Shown: positions 28,822 through 39,322 of the stretch, in pieces | Numbering within the stretch: position 1 is the first letter of the stretch | Layout of the letters: every line of letters begins with the position of its first letter | Source: Gammaproteobacteria bacterium | GTDB lineage: Bacteria > Pseudomonadota > Gammaproteobacteria > UBA6429 > Thiohalophilaceae | NCBI GenBank assembly: GCA_016125505.1 | Contig: WGLP01000003.1 | Span: forward strand, 501,911 to 565,910 | DNA length: 64,000 nucleotides | Reading direction: 5' to 3' | Notes under the pieces: generated by a model | Told to the model about the DNA's origin: nothing | What the model saw: only the letters and a program-made list of their open reading frames with translations | The model's database searches: none | Made by a program: the position numbers and the translations under genes

Positions 28822-31026
28822 ATGCCCACGCCCCGCTATTTTCAGATTGCCGTCCCCTCGCCGCTACGCCAGACCTTCACTTATCTCGCCCCCCATCAGC
28901 AAAAAGGCGAGCTGCTTACGCCGGGCTGCCGGGTCATGGTGCCGTTTGGACGGCGCAAATTGGTGGGCATCGTCTGCGCAACCAGCGCACAAACAGACCA
29001 GGCGCACTCGCGGCTCAGGCACATCCTGCAAGTAATCGATCACTCACCCCTCTGGCCCGCAGAGCTCTGGCAACTGTTACTGTGGGCGGCGCAGTACTAT
29101 CAACATCCGCTGGGGGAGGTATTGCACACCGCATTGCCTGCACCATTGCGACAGGGCAAACCGGCGCAAACAGCAACCCGTAGCCACTGGCACATTACCG
29201 CTGCCGGCCGCGACGCCCTGACCACGCTCTCGCGTGCGCCACGCCAACAGGCAGTGCTGCAATTGTTGTCGCACCATCCACAAGGCTTAGCGCAAGAGCA
29301 GGTACTTACCGACCTGCCGGGCAGCAATGAAATTCTTAAACGCCTATTGGACAAAACCTGGCTGGCTTGCGAAATCCAACCGGTTAGCTGGGACCTGCCA
29401 AGGGCTCACGCTGAAGCCGGCCCCCTGCTCAATGCGCAACAACAGGCAGCCGTCGATAGCGTGCGCGCGGCCTTCGCGACCTATCAGGCCTTTCTGCTGG
29501 AAGGCGTCACCGGTTCCGGTAAAACGGAGGTGTACTTACAGCTGATTGGCCACTGCGTCGCCCAGGGCAAGCAGGCACTCGTACTAGTGCCGGAGATTGG
29601 CCTTACGCCACAGATGATTCGTCGTTTTGAAAAGCGCCTGGCCTGCCGGATCGCCGTACTGCATTCGGGCCTCAGCGACAACGAACGACTTGCCGCCTGG
29701 CTCGCGGCCAAACAAGGCGACGTGGATGTGATCCTCGGCACGCGTTCGGCGATTTTTACCCCGATGCATGCACCTGGGCTCATCATCATTGATGAAGAAC
29801 ACGACGCCTCGTTCAAGCAACAGGACGGCTTTCGCTATTCCGCCCGGGATCTCGCGGTCTGGCGCGCACATCACAATCACATTCCGATTGTGCTGGGGTC
29901 CGCCACACCTGCCATCGAGAGTTTGTACAACGTCTCGCGCGAACGCTTTCAGTTATTACAATTAACCGAGCGCGCCGGTGGTGCGCGGGCACCGAGGCTG
30001 CACCTGCTCGACGTACGCGCGCAGCCCATGCACGAAGGTGTCAGCGATCGCCTGCTGCAACTGATGCGCCAACACCTGGAAAACAATAACCAGGTATTGC
30101 TGTTTTTAAACCGGCGCGGATTTGCGCCCACCTTGATGTGTCATGACTGCGGCTGGATCGCGACCTGCCAGCGTTGCGACAGTCACATGACCTATTATCA
30201 GCGCGACCAGCGCCTGCGCTGTCATCACTGCGGCGCCGAGCGGCGCGCCGAACAACAGTGTACCCATTGCGCGAGTGAGAACTTGCTGACGGTCGGCGCC
30301 GGCACGGAACGTATCGAAACCGCCTTACGCGAACGCTTTACGGATACCGAGATCATTCGTATCGATCGCGACACGACGCGCCGACGCGGCAGTCTCGAAG
30401 ATCTCTTGCACAAGATCAAAAACGGTCGGCGCCAGATCCTGATCGGCACCCAGATGCTGGCCAAGGGGCATCACTTTCCCAATGTGACCCTGGTGGGTAT
30501 TCTTGATGCGGATCAGGGCCTGCACAGCGCCGAGTTTCGTGCGCCGGAACGTATGGCCCAACTCATTCTGCAGGTTGCCGGGCGTGCGGGGCGCGCTGAA
30601 CAACCGGGCGAAGTGATTATTCAAACCCATCATCCGGATCATCCCTTGTTGTTGTCGCTGATCCGCGAAGGCTACAACGCCTTCGCACGCGCACTGTTGC
30701 AAGAACGCCAGGCGGCGGCTTTACCGCCCTACACCGCCATGGCCATCTTCCGCGCGGAGGCGGTGGAGCGCGAGGCACCGTTGGGATTTCTGGAACGCGC
30801 GCGTGCCATCCTGCAAACGCATTGTGACAAACAGGTGAATATCTTCGGGCCCCTGCCCGCGCCCATGGAAAAACGCGCCGGCCGTTATCGTGCGCAGTTG
30901 ATCGTGCAGGCCGCACAACGACCGCAACTGCAACATGTCCTCGCGGCCGCCCTGCCGCAGATCGAATCCGCCAAAACTGGTAAAGTGCGCTGGTCGATCG
31001 ACGTCGACCCCATCGACACCTATTAA
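28822..31026 (+). CDS. priA: primosomal protein N' (replication restart helicase PriA)
   Basis: 734 aa with Walker A GVTGSGKTEVY, DEEHD, and two C4 Zn-finger motifs (CHDCGW...CQRCD; CHHCG...CTHC). Confidence 0.9.
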   Translation: MPTPRYFQIAVPSPLRQTFTYLAPHQQKGELLTPGCRVMVPFGRRKLVGIVCATSAQTDQAHSRLRHILQVIDHSPLWPAELWQLLLWAAQYYQHPLGEVLHTALPAPLRQGKPAQTATRSHWHITAAGRDALTTLSRAPRQQAVLQLLSHHPQGLAQEQVLTDLPGSNEILKRLLDKTWLACEIQPVSWDLPRAHAEAGPLLNAQQQAAVDSVRAAFATYQAFLLEGVTGSGKTEVYLQLIGHCVAQGKQALVLVPEIGLTPQMIRRFEKRLACRIAVLHSGLSDNERLAAWLAAKQGDVDVILGTRSAIFTPMHAPGLIIIDEEHDASFKQQDGFRYSARDLAVWRAHHNHIPIVLGSATPAIESLYNVSRERFQLLQLTERAGGARAPRLHLLDVRAQPMHEGVSDRLLQLMRQHLENNNQVLLFLNRRGFAPTLMCHDCGWIATCQRCDSHMTYYQRDQRLRCHHCGAERRAEQQCTHCASENLLTVGAGTERIETALRERFTDTEIIRIDRDTTRRRGSLEDLLHKIKNGRRQILIGTQMLAKGHHFPNVTLVGILDADQGLHSAEFRAPERMAQLILQVAGRAGRAEQPGEVIIQTHHPDHPLLLSLIREGYNAFARALLQERQAAALPPYTAMAIFRAEAVEREAPLGFLERARAILQTHCDKQVNIFGPLPAPMEKRAGRYRAQLIVQAAQRPQLQHVLAAALPQIESAKTGKVRWSIDVDPIDTY

Positions 31027-31159
31027 AACAGGCGCACGGATGCGCGAAACCATACTTTCGCTGGCATAAAGAAGATAACCGCGTAACCCGATAAATCGGG
31101 TTAGCGCGTTTACATAATTATCTCATTGCCTTGATTTTGACTTTAGAGAGGGGAAAGCC

Positions 31160-32842
31160 ATGTTAGTAGGCATTATTTCACTGGTCCTGATCGTCGCGGC
31201 CATCAGTCTGTTCAAAAAACCCATCGACGACAAATCCGTCCTCGCCACCCGCCTGGTGCAGATCGTGTTATTACTGGTCGGCGTGTTCGGCCTGGCCTCG
31301 CGCTCGTTTGTGATCGTCGACGCCAACCAGGTCGGCCATCTGAAACGTGTGTATCTCGCCGCCGACCTGCCGCCGGGCAAGATCATCGCGGCCCAGGGAG
31401 AAAAAGGCCCGCAGGCGGAAATTCTCGGACCGGGTTTTCATTTCATCCCGCTGGTAAAGATCCTGTATGACGTGGAATACGCGCCGGTCGTCAGCATCCC
31501 GGATGGCAGTTACGGGATCTTGAAGGCACAAGATGGTTTGCCCCTGCGTCCGGGCCAGTTCATTGCCGATGCCTGGCCCAAGGACAACCTGCAAAAGATG
31601 CTCGACGCCCGTTTCTTTCTCACCGAAGGCAAAGGCCAGAAAGGCCCGCAACTGGATGTGTTACCGCCGGGCAAATACCGTCTGAATCACTACCTCTTTA
31701 CCGTCCAAATTGCGAAGGCCCTGGATGTCCCCACCGGCCACGTCGCGGTGATCCGGTCCAAGGTTCAGACCCGCGCAGACTGTTCGCACCCGCATAACAT
31801 TACCGGTGGTACCGATCAGAAAGTCTCTGCCCTGATCGTGCCTGACGGCTGCATTGGTGTGTCGGAAATTCCCAAACCGCCCGGCGCGTACTACCTCAAC
31901 AAGCTGGCGTATGAATCCGAGATCGTGCCGACCCGCGTGCAGACCTGGACCTATAAGGGTGGTTACACCAAGCGCCAGATCGACCTGCGCCTGGATGAAG
32001 ACGGCAAGATCCATCAAAAGGAAACCAGTGAAAACATTCCCGTCCCGGACAACGCAGCCGATGCCGCGATCAACGTGCGCGCCGAGGGCTGGAACGTACC
32101 GGTGGAACTGCGCGTGATCGTACAGGTGCAACCGTCCAAGGCACCGATTGTCATCGCCAGTGTCGGCAGCCTCGAAAACGTCGAGGACAAGATCATCACG
32201 CCGGCGATTCGCGACATCCTGCGGACGATCGGTGGCCATCCCGAGCGCAAGGTCCTCGACTTCATGAACAAGCGCGACGAGATCGTGAAATTGATGGAGG
32301 CCGCGCTGGAGCCGGAAGGGGAGAAGGTCGGCATCACCATTAAGGAAGTGCGTCTCGGCGAACCCTACATTCCACCGGAGTTGCTGGTCGCCGCACAGCG
32401 TGAAAACCTGGCCAACCAATTGCGGCTGACCTATGTGAAAGAACAGGAGGCGCAAAAGCAACGTATCTCGGTCGAACGAGAACGTGCCACCGCGGATCAA
32501 CAGTCCACCCTGGTCGCCGCCGAGATCGCCAAACAGGCAGCCGCGTTCAAGAAATCGCAACTGCAACTCGAAGGCGAAGGCCAGAAACTCAAACTCGTGG
32601 AGATCGCCAAAGGCCAGCAGGCCCAGGCCGATGTCCTTGGCAAGGAACGCGCCATGCAACTGCAGGCCCTGGAGAAGGCACTGGACGCCGCGGTGAAAAA
32701 TCCGGATATCGTCAAGATCCCCACCGTGCTGGTTAACGGCAGCGCCGGTGGCTATGAAGGCGCCGCCGCCGTGCTCGGCGCCTCCAACCTGCTCGAAACC
32801 ATGAAAGGCCTGCAAAAGCCGGTGAAGGTTACAAAAGAGTAG
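31160..32842 (+). CDS. flotillin-family (YqiK-like) SPFH membrane protein
   Basis: SD GAGAGGGGAAAG. N-terminal TM, SPFH domain, and a long Ala/Gln/Glu-rich coiled-coil C-terminus. ~560 aa like E. coli YqiK. Confidence 0.75.
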   Translation: MLVGIISLVLIVAAISLFKKPIDDKSVLATRLVQIVLLLVGVFGLASRSFVIVDANQVGHLKRVYLAADLPPGKIIAAQGEKGPQAEILGPGFHFIPLVKILYDVEYAPVVSIPDGSYGILKAQDGLPLRPGQFIADAWPKDNLQKMLDARFFLTEGKGQKGPQLDVLPPGKYRLNHYLFTVQIAKALDVPTGHVAVIRSKVQTRADCSHPHNITGGTDQKVSALIVPDGCIGVSEIPKPPGAYYLNKLAYESEIVPTRVQTWTYKGGYTKRQIDLRLDEDGKIHQKETSENIPVPDNAADAAINVRAEGWNVPVELRVIVQVQPSKAPIVIASVGSLENVEDKIITPAIRDILRTIGGHPERKVLDFMNKRDEIVKLMEAALEPEGEKVGITIKEVRLGEPYIPPELLVAAQRENLANQLRLTYVKEQEAQKQRISVERERATADQQSTLVAAEIAKQAAAFKKSQLQLEGEGQKLKLVEIAKGQQAQADVLGKERAMQLQALEKALDAAVKNPDIVKIPTVLVNGSAGGYEGAAAVLGASNLLETMKGLQKPVKVTKE

Positions 32843-32852
32843 TTAGTAGTTG

Positions 32853-32893
32853 AAGGGGGCGGGATTACCGCCCCTTAATTTCTTTTTTATTTC
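32853..32893 (+). terminator. rho-independent terminator after the flotillin gene
   Basis: AAGGGGGCGG-gattac-CGCCCCTT followed by a T-rich run (TTTCTTTTTTATTT). Confidence 0.7.
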
Positions 32894-32930
32894 AGCTGTT
32901 CTTTTAAATCATTTCGCCTGCGGCTACGCC

Positions 32931-33148
32931 GCGTAGGCGACCTACTTTCTTGTATCGACAAGAAAGTAGGCAAAGAAACTTCCCCCGTGCTGGTGCAGTC
33001 TTGTGACGTGAAGACCTTTTTGCCCTGACCGGTTTTGATTCGCCATCCTGGCTCAGCAAAACCGGGCGCGACATCCCTGTCGCGCTCTGGGATTAATTTT
33101 TCAAAAAGGACCTTCCCGTCACGCACCAGCACACGGGGTTAAAAAACA
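32931..33148. repeat. module-B repeat (32931..32970) plus a 166-bp nested-palindrome element with ~16-bp terminal inverted repeats (32983..33148)
   Basis: GCGTAGGCGACC + CCTACTTTCTTG-tatcga-CAAGAAAGTAGG. Then CCCCGTGCTGGTGC ... GCACCAGCACACGGGG flanking internal hairpins (CCGGTTTTG/CAAAACCGG; GCGCGACA-tccc-TGTCGCGC). Confidence 0.7.
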
Positions 33149-33217
33149 CTCTCGCACAAAATACTGAGATAAATATTTCATCTATCACACCGAACTTGTT
33201 CAATGGACAAACCCCAT

Positions 33218-33415
33218 GCTGTCGCAACAGCTACGCGTTGAAACAGCGCAGGTGGCGCCCGCAGGGTGGCGGCAGGGATGCCGCCAGTCAGGATACAGGA
33301 CATGGAGGTCCTGTATCCTGACCGCCCGAGCAGTTTCATAAGCGATGCTGTGCTTTGCGACAGCGGGTGTCATTTCTTTTGGTGACTTTTCTTTGGACAA
33401 GCAAAGAAAAGTCAC
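33218..33415. repeat. second structured element (outer IR GCTGTCGCAA/TTGCGACAGC; inner perfect 15-bp IR GTCAGGATACAGGAC/GTCCTGTATCCTGAC) plus a module-B-like palindrome 33382..33415
   Basis: Read directly from the sequence. The listed ORF 33200..33490(-) spans these palindromes and is probably not coding. Confidence 0.6.
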
Positions 33416-33562
33416 TCGCTCAAGCTGCGCAGCAGCGAGCGAAATCAATTCTGAAAACAACAAAATAAATTTGGGAACATCCAATAACAAACAAATTCAA
33501 CCACTTGTCCAAATCCCGGCCAACCTTGATAATAACCACCCTTTTCACCACCTGATGCCGCC

Positions 33563-35323
33563 ATGAAAGACCAAATCGCCGAATTGCTCGCCCAAGCCCT
33601 TGCCAAGTGCCAGGGGTCCGGTGCCTTGCCGGCGGATTTGTCGCCGGCGATTCAGGTGGATCACACCCGCGACAGCAGTCACGGCGATTTTGCCTCCAAC
33701 CTGGCCATGGTGCTGGCCAAACCGGTGGGGAAGAAGCCGCGCGACCTGGCGGCGTTGCTCATTGCCAATCTGCCCGCTTCCACCATCGTGGACAAGGTCG
33801 AGATTGCCGGGCCGGGCTTTATCAATTTCTTTCTCAAGGCCGACACCCAGTTCGCCATCGTGCCCGCCATTCTCAAGGCCGGCGACGATTTTGGCCGCAG
33901 CAATATCGGTCAGGGCAAACGCGTGCAGGTGGAATTCGTGTCCGCCAATCCCACTGGCCCGCTGCATGTCGGTCATGGTCGCGGTGCCGCCTATGGCGCG
34001 GTGGTCGCGGACTTGCTCGCCGCCGTGGGTTATCACGTGCATCGTGAATACTACGTCAACGATGCCGGCCGCCAGATGAATATCCTCGCGGCCAGTGTCT
34101 GGCTGCGTTATCTCGAATTGTGCGGTGAGGAACTGACCTTCCCCACCAACGCCTACAAGGGCGACTACATCTGGGACATCGCCGCGACCCTGCATCGGGA
34201 GAACGCCGAGGCCATGCGGCATACCTGGGATGAAATCCGTCACCCCTTGCCGCCGGACGAACCGGACGGCGGCGACAAGGAAGAATACATCGACGCGATC
34301 ATCGAACGCATGCAGACGCTGTTGCGTGACGATCAATATCGCCTGGTCTTCGATCTGGCGCTCAACTCTATCCTGGATGACATCCGCGACGACCTGGCGC
34401 ATTTCGGCGTCACCTATGAAGAGTGGTATTCCGAACGCTCGCTCAGCGACAAGGGCGCGGTGATGCGCGCCATCGAACGTCTGCAGCACAGTGGCCACGC
34501 CTACGAAAAAGACGGCGCGCTGTGGTTCCGCTCAACGGATTACGGCGATGAAAAGGATCGCGTGCTGGTGCGCGACAACGGTGTCACCACCTATTTCGCC
34601 TCGGACATCGCCTATCACATGGACAAGTTCGAACGCGGCTTCGAGCAGGTGATCGATATCTGGGGCGCGGATCACCACGGTTATGTGCCGCGGGTAAAGG
34701 CGGCCCTGCAGGCGCTGGGTTATGACGCCGGCAAGCTCGATGTCCTGCTCGTGCAGTTCGCGATCCTGTATCGCGGCGGTCAGAAGGCGCAGATGTCCAC
34801 GCGCTCCGGCGAATTCGTCACGCTGCGCGAACTACGCAAGGACGTCGGCAACGACGCCGCGCGTTTCTTTTACATTATGCGTAAAAGCGAACAACACCTG
34901 GACTTCGACCTCGATCTGGCCAAGTCGCAGTCCAACGACAACCCGATGTATTACATTCAGTACGCGCACGCGCGGGTATGCAGCGTGCAGCGTCAGTTGG
35001 CGGAAAAACTCTACAGCTTCGATGAACACGAAGGCCTGGCCCATCTCAATCGCCTGAGCGAGGCGCACGAGTCCGCCATCCTCACGCGTCTCGCGCGTTT
35101 CCCGGAGATCGTCGGCAATGCCGCGCAGGCACACGAACCGCACCAGATTGCGCACTACCTGCGTGAACTGGCCAATGACTTTCATACCTACTACAACGCA
35201 CATCAGTTCATCGTCGAAGACAGTGCCCTGCGCAACGCGCGCTTGTGCCTGGTGTATGCCGTGAAACAGGTTGTCGCCAACGGACTGAAACTGCTTGGCG
35301 TCTCCGCGCCGGAATCCATGTAA
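33563..35323 (+). CDS. argS: arginine--tRNA ligase
   Basis: 586 aa with class-I HIGH-type motif ([13 protein letters not shown]), KMSTR-like QMSTR, and a C-terminal DALR anticodon-binding region. Confidence 0.95.
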   Translation: MKDQIAELLAQALAKCQGSGALPADLSPAIQVDHTRDSSHGDFASNLAMVLAKPVGKKPRDLAALLIANLPASTIVDKVEIAGPGFINFFLKADTQFAIVPAILKAGDDFGRSNIGQGKRVQVEFVSANPTGPLHVGHGRGAAYGAVVADLLAAVGYHVHREYYVNDAGRQMNILAASVWLRYLELCGEELTFPTNAYKGDYIWDIAATLHRENAEAMRHTWDEIRHPLPPDEPDGGDKEEYIDAIIERMQTLLRDDQYRLVFDLALNSILDDIRDDLAHFGVTYEEWYSERSLSDKGAVMRAIERLQHSGHAYEKDGALWFRSTDYGDEKDRVLVRDNGVTTYFASDIAYHMDKFERGFEQVIDIWGADHHGYVPRVKAALQALGYDAGKLDVLLVQFAILYRGGQKAQMSTRSGEFVTLRELRKDVGNDAARFFYIMRKSEQHLDFDLDLAKSQSNDNPMYYIQYAHARVCSVQRQLAEKLYSFDEHEGLAHLNRLSEAHESAILTRLARFPEIVGNAAQAHEPHQIAHYLRELANDFHTYYNAHQFIVEDSALRNARLCLVYAVKQVVANGLKLLGVSAPESM

Positions 35324-35500
35324 AGATATATACGGATGTACAGCCTTTTGAAAAACGTCACGAGCGCAGCCAGAACAAGGCGCAAAAGGGCGAGAAAGCG
35401 GAGTTTACACGTAGTAAATGAGCATTTTGAGTCCCTTTTGCAACGCCGTTATGGCAAGCACAGTAGTTTTTCAAACGGCTGTTAGTGATAAGCTACTGCC

Positions 35501-36112
35501 ATGCCACGTGATTACGCCAAATCCAGCAAACGCGAAAAGAAACCCGGCCAACTCCCTGGCTGGGCCTGGATGCTCGGCGGTCTCGCCATTGGCCTGTTCG
35601 TCGCCTTTCTGGTGTATCTCAATAACAACATACATGCCGGCAAGAAAACCAACCTGGTAAGCGCATTCAAGGAGACCTTGCAACACGACGCTCGCGACGT
35701 GCGCAAGGACACACCGAAACCGCCCCCGCCGCCGCCCGCGCAACCGGCAGCAAAACCTGCGGAGAAACCCAAACCGAATTTTGACTTTTACACCATCCTG
35801 CCGGAACTCGAAGTTGCCGTACCGGAACAGGAGATCGCCGCCAAGAGCCAGAAGCCCGCGGCACAGCAGGATGACAAGTCCGAATACATCCTGCAGGCCG
35901 GCTCCTTCCGCGACTACAAGCAGGCGGATCAACTCAAGGCCAAGCTGGCCCTGCAGGGCATCGACGCCAACATCCAGTCGGTACAGGTGAATCAGGATAC
36001 CTGGCACCGGGTGCGCATCGGTCCCATTCACAAAATGGCGACGCTGACCGCCACGCTGAAACGTTTGAAAGAACAGAATATCGCTGTCATCATCGTCAAA
36101 TCCAAGACCTGA
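35501..36112 (+). CDS. SPOR domain-containing protein (FtsN/DedD-like)
   Basis: Short cytoplasmic N-terminus, one TM helix, a Pro/Ala/Lys-rich linker, and a C-terminal SPOR-like domain (YILQAGSFRDYKQADQLKAKL...WHRVRIGP). Confidence 0.75.
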   Translation: MPRDYAKSSKREKKPGQLPGWAWMLGGLAIGLFVAFLVYLNNNIHAGKKTNLVSAFKETLQHDARDVRKDTPKPPPPPPAQPAAKPAEKPKPNFDFYTILPELEVAVPEQEIAAKSQKPAAQQDDKSEYILQAGSFRDYKQADQLKAKLALQGIDANIQSVQVNQDTWHRVRIGPIHKMATLTATLKRLKEQNIAVIIVKSKT

Positions 36113-36163
36113 CCTCGCAAACGTCCTGACCCGAAACGCTGACACACACGTTCACTTCGACGT

Positions 36164-36850
36164 ATGTATATTCTCCTCATCCTGATCGTGTTGCTGGCGG
36201 TGATCTTCGGTCCGCAATGGTGGGCGCAACATACGTTCAAACGTTATGCCACACCGCGCGATGACATCCCGGGCACGGGCGCCGAACTGGCGCGGCATTT
36301 ATTGAAAAAACTGGATATGGACCACGTCAAGGTGGAACAGACCGAGGATAACAACGATCACTACGACCCCGCTGACAAGGCAGTACGCCTGAGTCCGCAT
36401 AACTTTAACGACAGGTCACTCACGGCTATCACGGTTGCCGCGCACGAAGTCGGCCATGCTATCCAGGATCATCGTCAGGAACCCATGCATGCCCTGCGCG
36501 GCAAGCTGGTGGTCATGGCCAATCGCATCCAACAACTGGGGGCCGGCATGCTCCTGCTCATCCCCATCGTTGCGATCCTGACGCGCTCGCCTTTTCTGGA
36601 TTTATTATTATTCATTGCCGGCATCGCCAGCATGGGTGTCGCCACCGTCGTGCACTTCGTCACCCTGCCCGTGGAGCTCGATGCCAGTTTCAACAAGGCA
36701 CTGCCTATCCTGTTCCAGGGAAACTACATCGAGGCAAAAGATCGCCCCGCGGCGCGCCGTATTCTGAAAGCCGCGGCCCTTACCTACGTTGCCGCCTCCC
36801 TGGCAAGCCTGCTTAACCTCTGGCGCTGGATCGCCATCCTGCGGCGGTAA
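36164..36850 (+). CDS. membrane-associated neutral zinc metallopeptidase family protein (Zn_peptidase_2-like)
   Basis: N-terminal TM, HEVGHAIQ HExxH motif, and C-terminal TM segments. Confidence 0.75.
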   Translation: MYILLILIVLLAVIFGPQWWAQHTFKRYATPRDDIPGTGAELARHLLKKLDMDHVKVEQTEDNNDHYDPADKAVRLSPHNFNDRSLTAITVAAHEVGHAIQDHRQEPMHALRGKLVVMANRIQQLGAGMLLLIPIVAILTRSPFLDLLLFIAGIASMGVATVVHFVTLPVELDASFNKALPILFQGNYIEAKDRPAARRILKAAALTYVAASLASLLNLWRWIAILRR

Positions 36851-36952
36851 CATATTGCCGCCGCCGTCACTTTGGGTTGCGCGGATACTGCTATACTCGA
36901 AACGTTTCCGGAGTGAAACCTTTTTACCTGACCATAACGAACGAGGGATTCC

Positions 36953-37264
36953 ATGAAAAAAATAATCGCATTAATTTGCTTGGGCTTTGCTTTGTCTGTT
37001 TCCGTACCTGCACTGGCCGGCCCGCAGCAGGAAAAGATGAAAGGCTGCAACGCCGAGGCCAAGGCGCAAAACCTGAAGGGTGACGAGCGCAAGGCGTTTA
37101 TGAGCAAGTGTCTGAAAAAAGACTACAAACTGAAATCCGGTGCCGCTACTGACGGTCGCGCCAAGCAACAGGAAAAGATGAAGAACTGTAGTGCCGAGGC
37201 CAAGACCAAGGGCCTCAAGGGCGATGAGCGCAAAAAATTCATGAGCTCCTGCCTGAAGAACTAA
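36953..37264 (+). CDS. psiF: PsiF-repeat periplasmic protein (phosphate-starvation-inducible family)
   Basis: Signal peptide plus two copies of QEKMKxCxAEAKxxxLKGDERKxFMSxCLK. Confidence 0.8.
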   Translation: MKKIIALICLGFALSVSVPALAGPQQEKMKGCNAEAKAQNLKGDERKAFMSKCLKKDYKLKSGAATDGRAKQQEKMKNCSAEAKTKGLKGDERKKFMSSCLKN

Positions 37265-37280
37265 TTGCTTTACAGTCAAA

Positions 37281-37310
37281 CAAAAACGCGCCGACAGGCG
37301 CGTTTTTTAT
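37281..37310. terminator. bidirectional rho-independent terminator between convergent psiF and speA
   Basis: CAAAAA-CGCGCC-gaca-GGCGCG-TTTTTTAT. Confidence 0.8.
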
Positions 37311-37331
37311 TGGACAAGAAATTCCCTTAGA

Positions 37332-39227
37332 TTATTCTTCGAGGTAGGTATAACCGTACAGGCCGTTTTCCAGTTCATCCAGATATTCCTGGTGCTGGGT
37401 TGCATCAAGACCGGCGTCGTGCAGTTTATGCCGATAGCGCTCCAGTAATTCGCTAGCATCGAAATGCACATAACGCAGCACCGAATCAACGGTGTCTCCG
37501 CGTTGCGGGCGACTCAGACTGTAACTGCCATCGGCGTTGACCTCCACGTCCACCGAATCGGTATCACCGAACAGGTTGTGCATGTCCCCCAGGATCTCCT
37601 GATAGGCGCCGATCAGGAACATGCCTAACAGGTAGGGCTCGTTCGCGCTGACCTCATGCAAGGGCAGGGACGTATCCACGCCTTCGTTATCCACATACTG
37701 ATCGATGCGGCCGTCGGAATCACAGGTGATGTCTTCCAGCACACCGCGCCGGGTTGGACGCTCGCTCAGGCGATGCAGCGGCGCAATGGGAAAGATTTGA
37801 TCGATGGCCCACACGTCCGGCAGCGACTGAAACAGGGAAAAATTACAGAAATACTTGTCCGCGAGTTTTTCATTCAGCTCGTCCAGAATTTCCCGATGCT
37901 GACGCACATTCGGATCCAGACGGGTGCGCATCAGGTAGCACATGGCATAATAGATCTGTTCGCAGTAGGCGCGTTGCGCCAGCGTCAACACACCGTGGGT
38001 ATACATGCTCTGCGCTTCGGACAGGCGATGGTGAATATCGTGATAGACCTCCACCAGCGACACGGGCGCGGCGGGATCGGTCAGTTCGACATAGCGTTGC
38101 CACAGGTCGTGCAGAATAAACGGTGCCTCGTCATCCGGCGCCTGCACATTGCTGTTGTCGGGCACACGGCCGGTATCGATCACGTTAGTCACCAGCACGG
38201 CATGATGCGCGGTCAGCGCACGGCCGGACTCGCTGAAGATGTCCGGGTGCGGCAGGCCTTCACTTTCGCAGATCTGCCACAAGGCATGCACCACGTTGTG
38301 GGCGTACTCCTCCACGGAGTAGTTCATGGAACAATAACTGCGCGAACGCGTACCTTCATAGTCGATACCGAGACCACCACCGACATCGACGCAATTGATC
38401 ATGACCCCCAGGCTGTGTAGCTCGGCATAGTAACGCGCGCACTCGCGCATACCGTTCTGGATATCGTGGATGTTGGGTAGCTGCGAACCCAGATGAAAGT
38501 GCAGCATCTGCATGCTGTCGAGCATGTCGATCTGCCTGAGACGCTCGATGCAGTTCAGGAGTTGCGCGGCATTAAGGCCGAACTTGGATTTTTCGCCGCC
38601 GGTGTTCTGCCACTTGCCGGCGCCGATGGAGGCCAGGCGCACGCGCATGCCCAGCAGCGGCGTGATCGCCAGCTTGTCGCTCTCCTCGATGACCAGTTCC
38701 AGCTCCGAGGGTTTTTCGATCACTATATATATACGGTGCCCGAGGGCGCGCCCGATCAGGGCCAGCCGGATATACTCCCGGTCCTTGTAACCATTGCACA
38801 CGATCACGCCGCCGTTGTTGTCCGCAAGGGCCATGACCGCCATCAGTTCCGGCTTGCTGCCGGCCTCGAGGCCGACGCGACCGCGGCCGTGACCGAGAAT
38901 ATTCTCCACCACCGTGCGCTGCTGATTCACCTTGATCGGATACACCGCCGTATAGCGGCCCTGATATTCATCCTGCTGCATGGCCTTGTCGAACGCGCTG
39001 CACAGGGTATCCACCCTGTCGTGCAGGATACTGGTGAAACGCAACAGGATGGGCGGCGTGAGGTTCTGCGCGGCATCCTGGGTCAGCTGATACAGATCGA
39101 GTTCAGTTTGCTGATCGCGATACGGCCGCACCACCAGATGGCCCTGCGCATTGACATCAAAATAGCCGCCGCTCCAGTGCGCCAGGTTGTAGGTACGACG
39201 CGCGTCTTGTATGGACCAGTCTGTCAT
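37332..39227 (-). CDS. speA: biosynthetic arginine decarboxylase
   Basis: 631 aa. PLP-dependent Orn/Arg decarboxylase family 2 with SpeA-specific length and motifs. Confidence 0.9.
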   Translation of the reverse strand: MTDWSIQDARRTYNLAHWSGGYFDVNAQGHLVVRPYRDQQTELDLYQLTQDAAQNLTPPILLRFTSILHDRVDTLCSAFDKAMQQDEYQGRYTAVYPIKVNQQRTVVENILGHGRGRVGLEAGSKPELMAVMALADNNGGVIVCNGYKDREYIRLALIGRALGHRIYIVIEKPSELELVIEESDKLAITPLLGMRVRLASIGAGKWQNTGGEKSKFGLNAAQLLNCIERLRQIDMLDSMQMLHFHLGSQLPNIHDIQNGMRECARYYAELHSLGVMINCVDVGGGLGIDYEGTRSRSYCSMNYSVEEYAHNVVHALWQICESEGLPHPDIFSESGRALTAHHAVLVTNVIDTGRVPDNSNVQAPDDEAPFILHDLWQRYVELTDPAAPVSLVEVYHDIHHRLSEAQSMYTHGVLTLAQRAYCEQIYYAMCYLMRTRLDPNVRQHREILDELNEKLADKYFCNFSLFQSLPDVWAIDQIFPIAPLHRLSERPTRRGVLEDITCDSDGRIDQYVDNEGVDTSLPLHEVSANEPYLLGMFLIGAYQEILGDMHNLFGDTDSVDVEVNADGSYSLSRPQRGDTVDSVLRYVHFDASELLERYRHKLHDAGLDATQHQEYLDELENGLYGYTYLEE

Positions 39228-39322
39228 CAGGTATCACTTGCCAGCGGGGTGAAAGAGAAGGGACAATATAATGAAAACCGATTCAGACGTATAGCCCTTT
39301 TACTTTTTAACGGAGTTGTCAC

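Noticed and set aside
31661-32815. 384-aa minus-strand ORF antisense to the flotillin gene
   Set aside because: Low-complexity antisense of the Ala/Gln/Glu-rich coiled-coil region.
33545-34498. 317-aa minus-strand ORF overlapping the argS 5' half, plus other internal ORFs 33600..34079+ and 33607..34047+
   Set aside because: Antisense or alternative-frame artefacts inside a canonical arginyl-tRNA synthetase gene.
37656-38420. 254-aa plus-strand ORF, and 38493..39332+ (279 aa), antisense to speA
   Set aside because: Antisense to a full-length arginine decarboxylase. His/Gln/Arg-rich junk composition.
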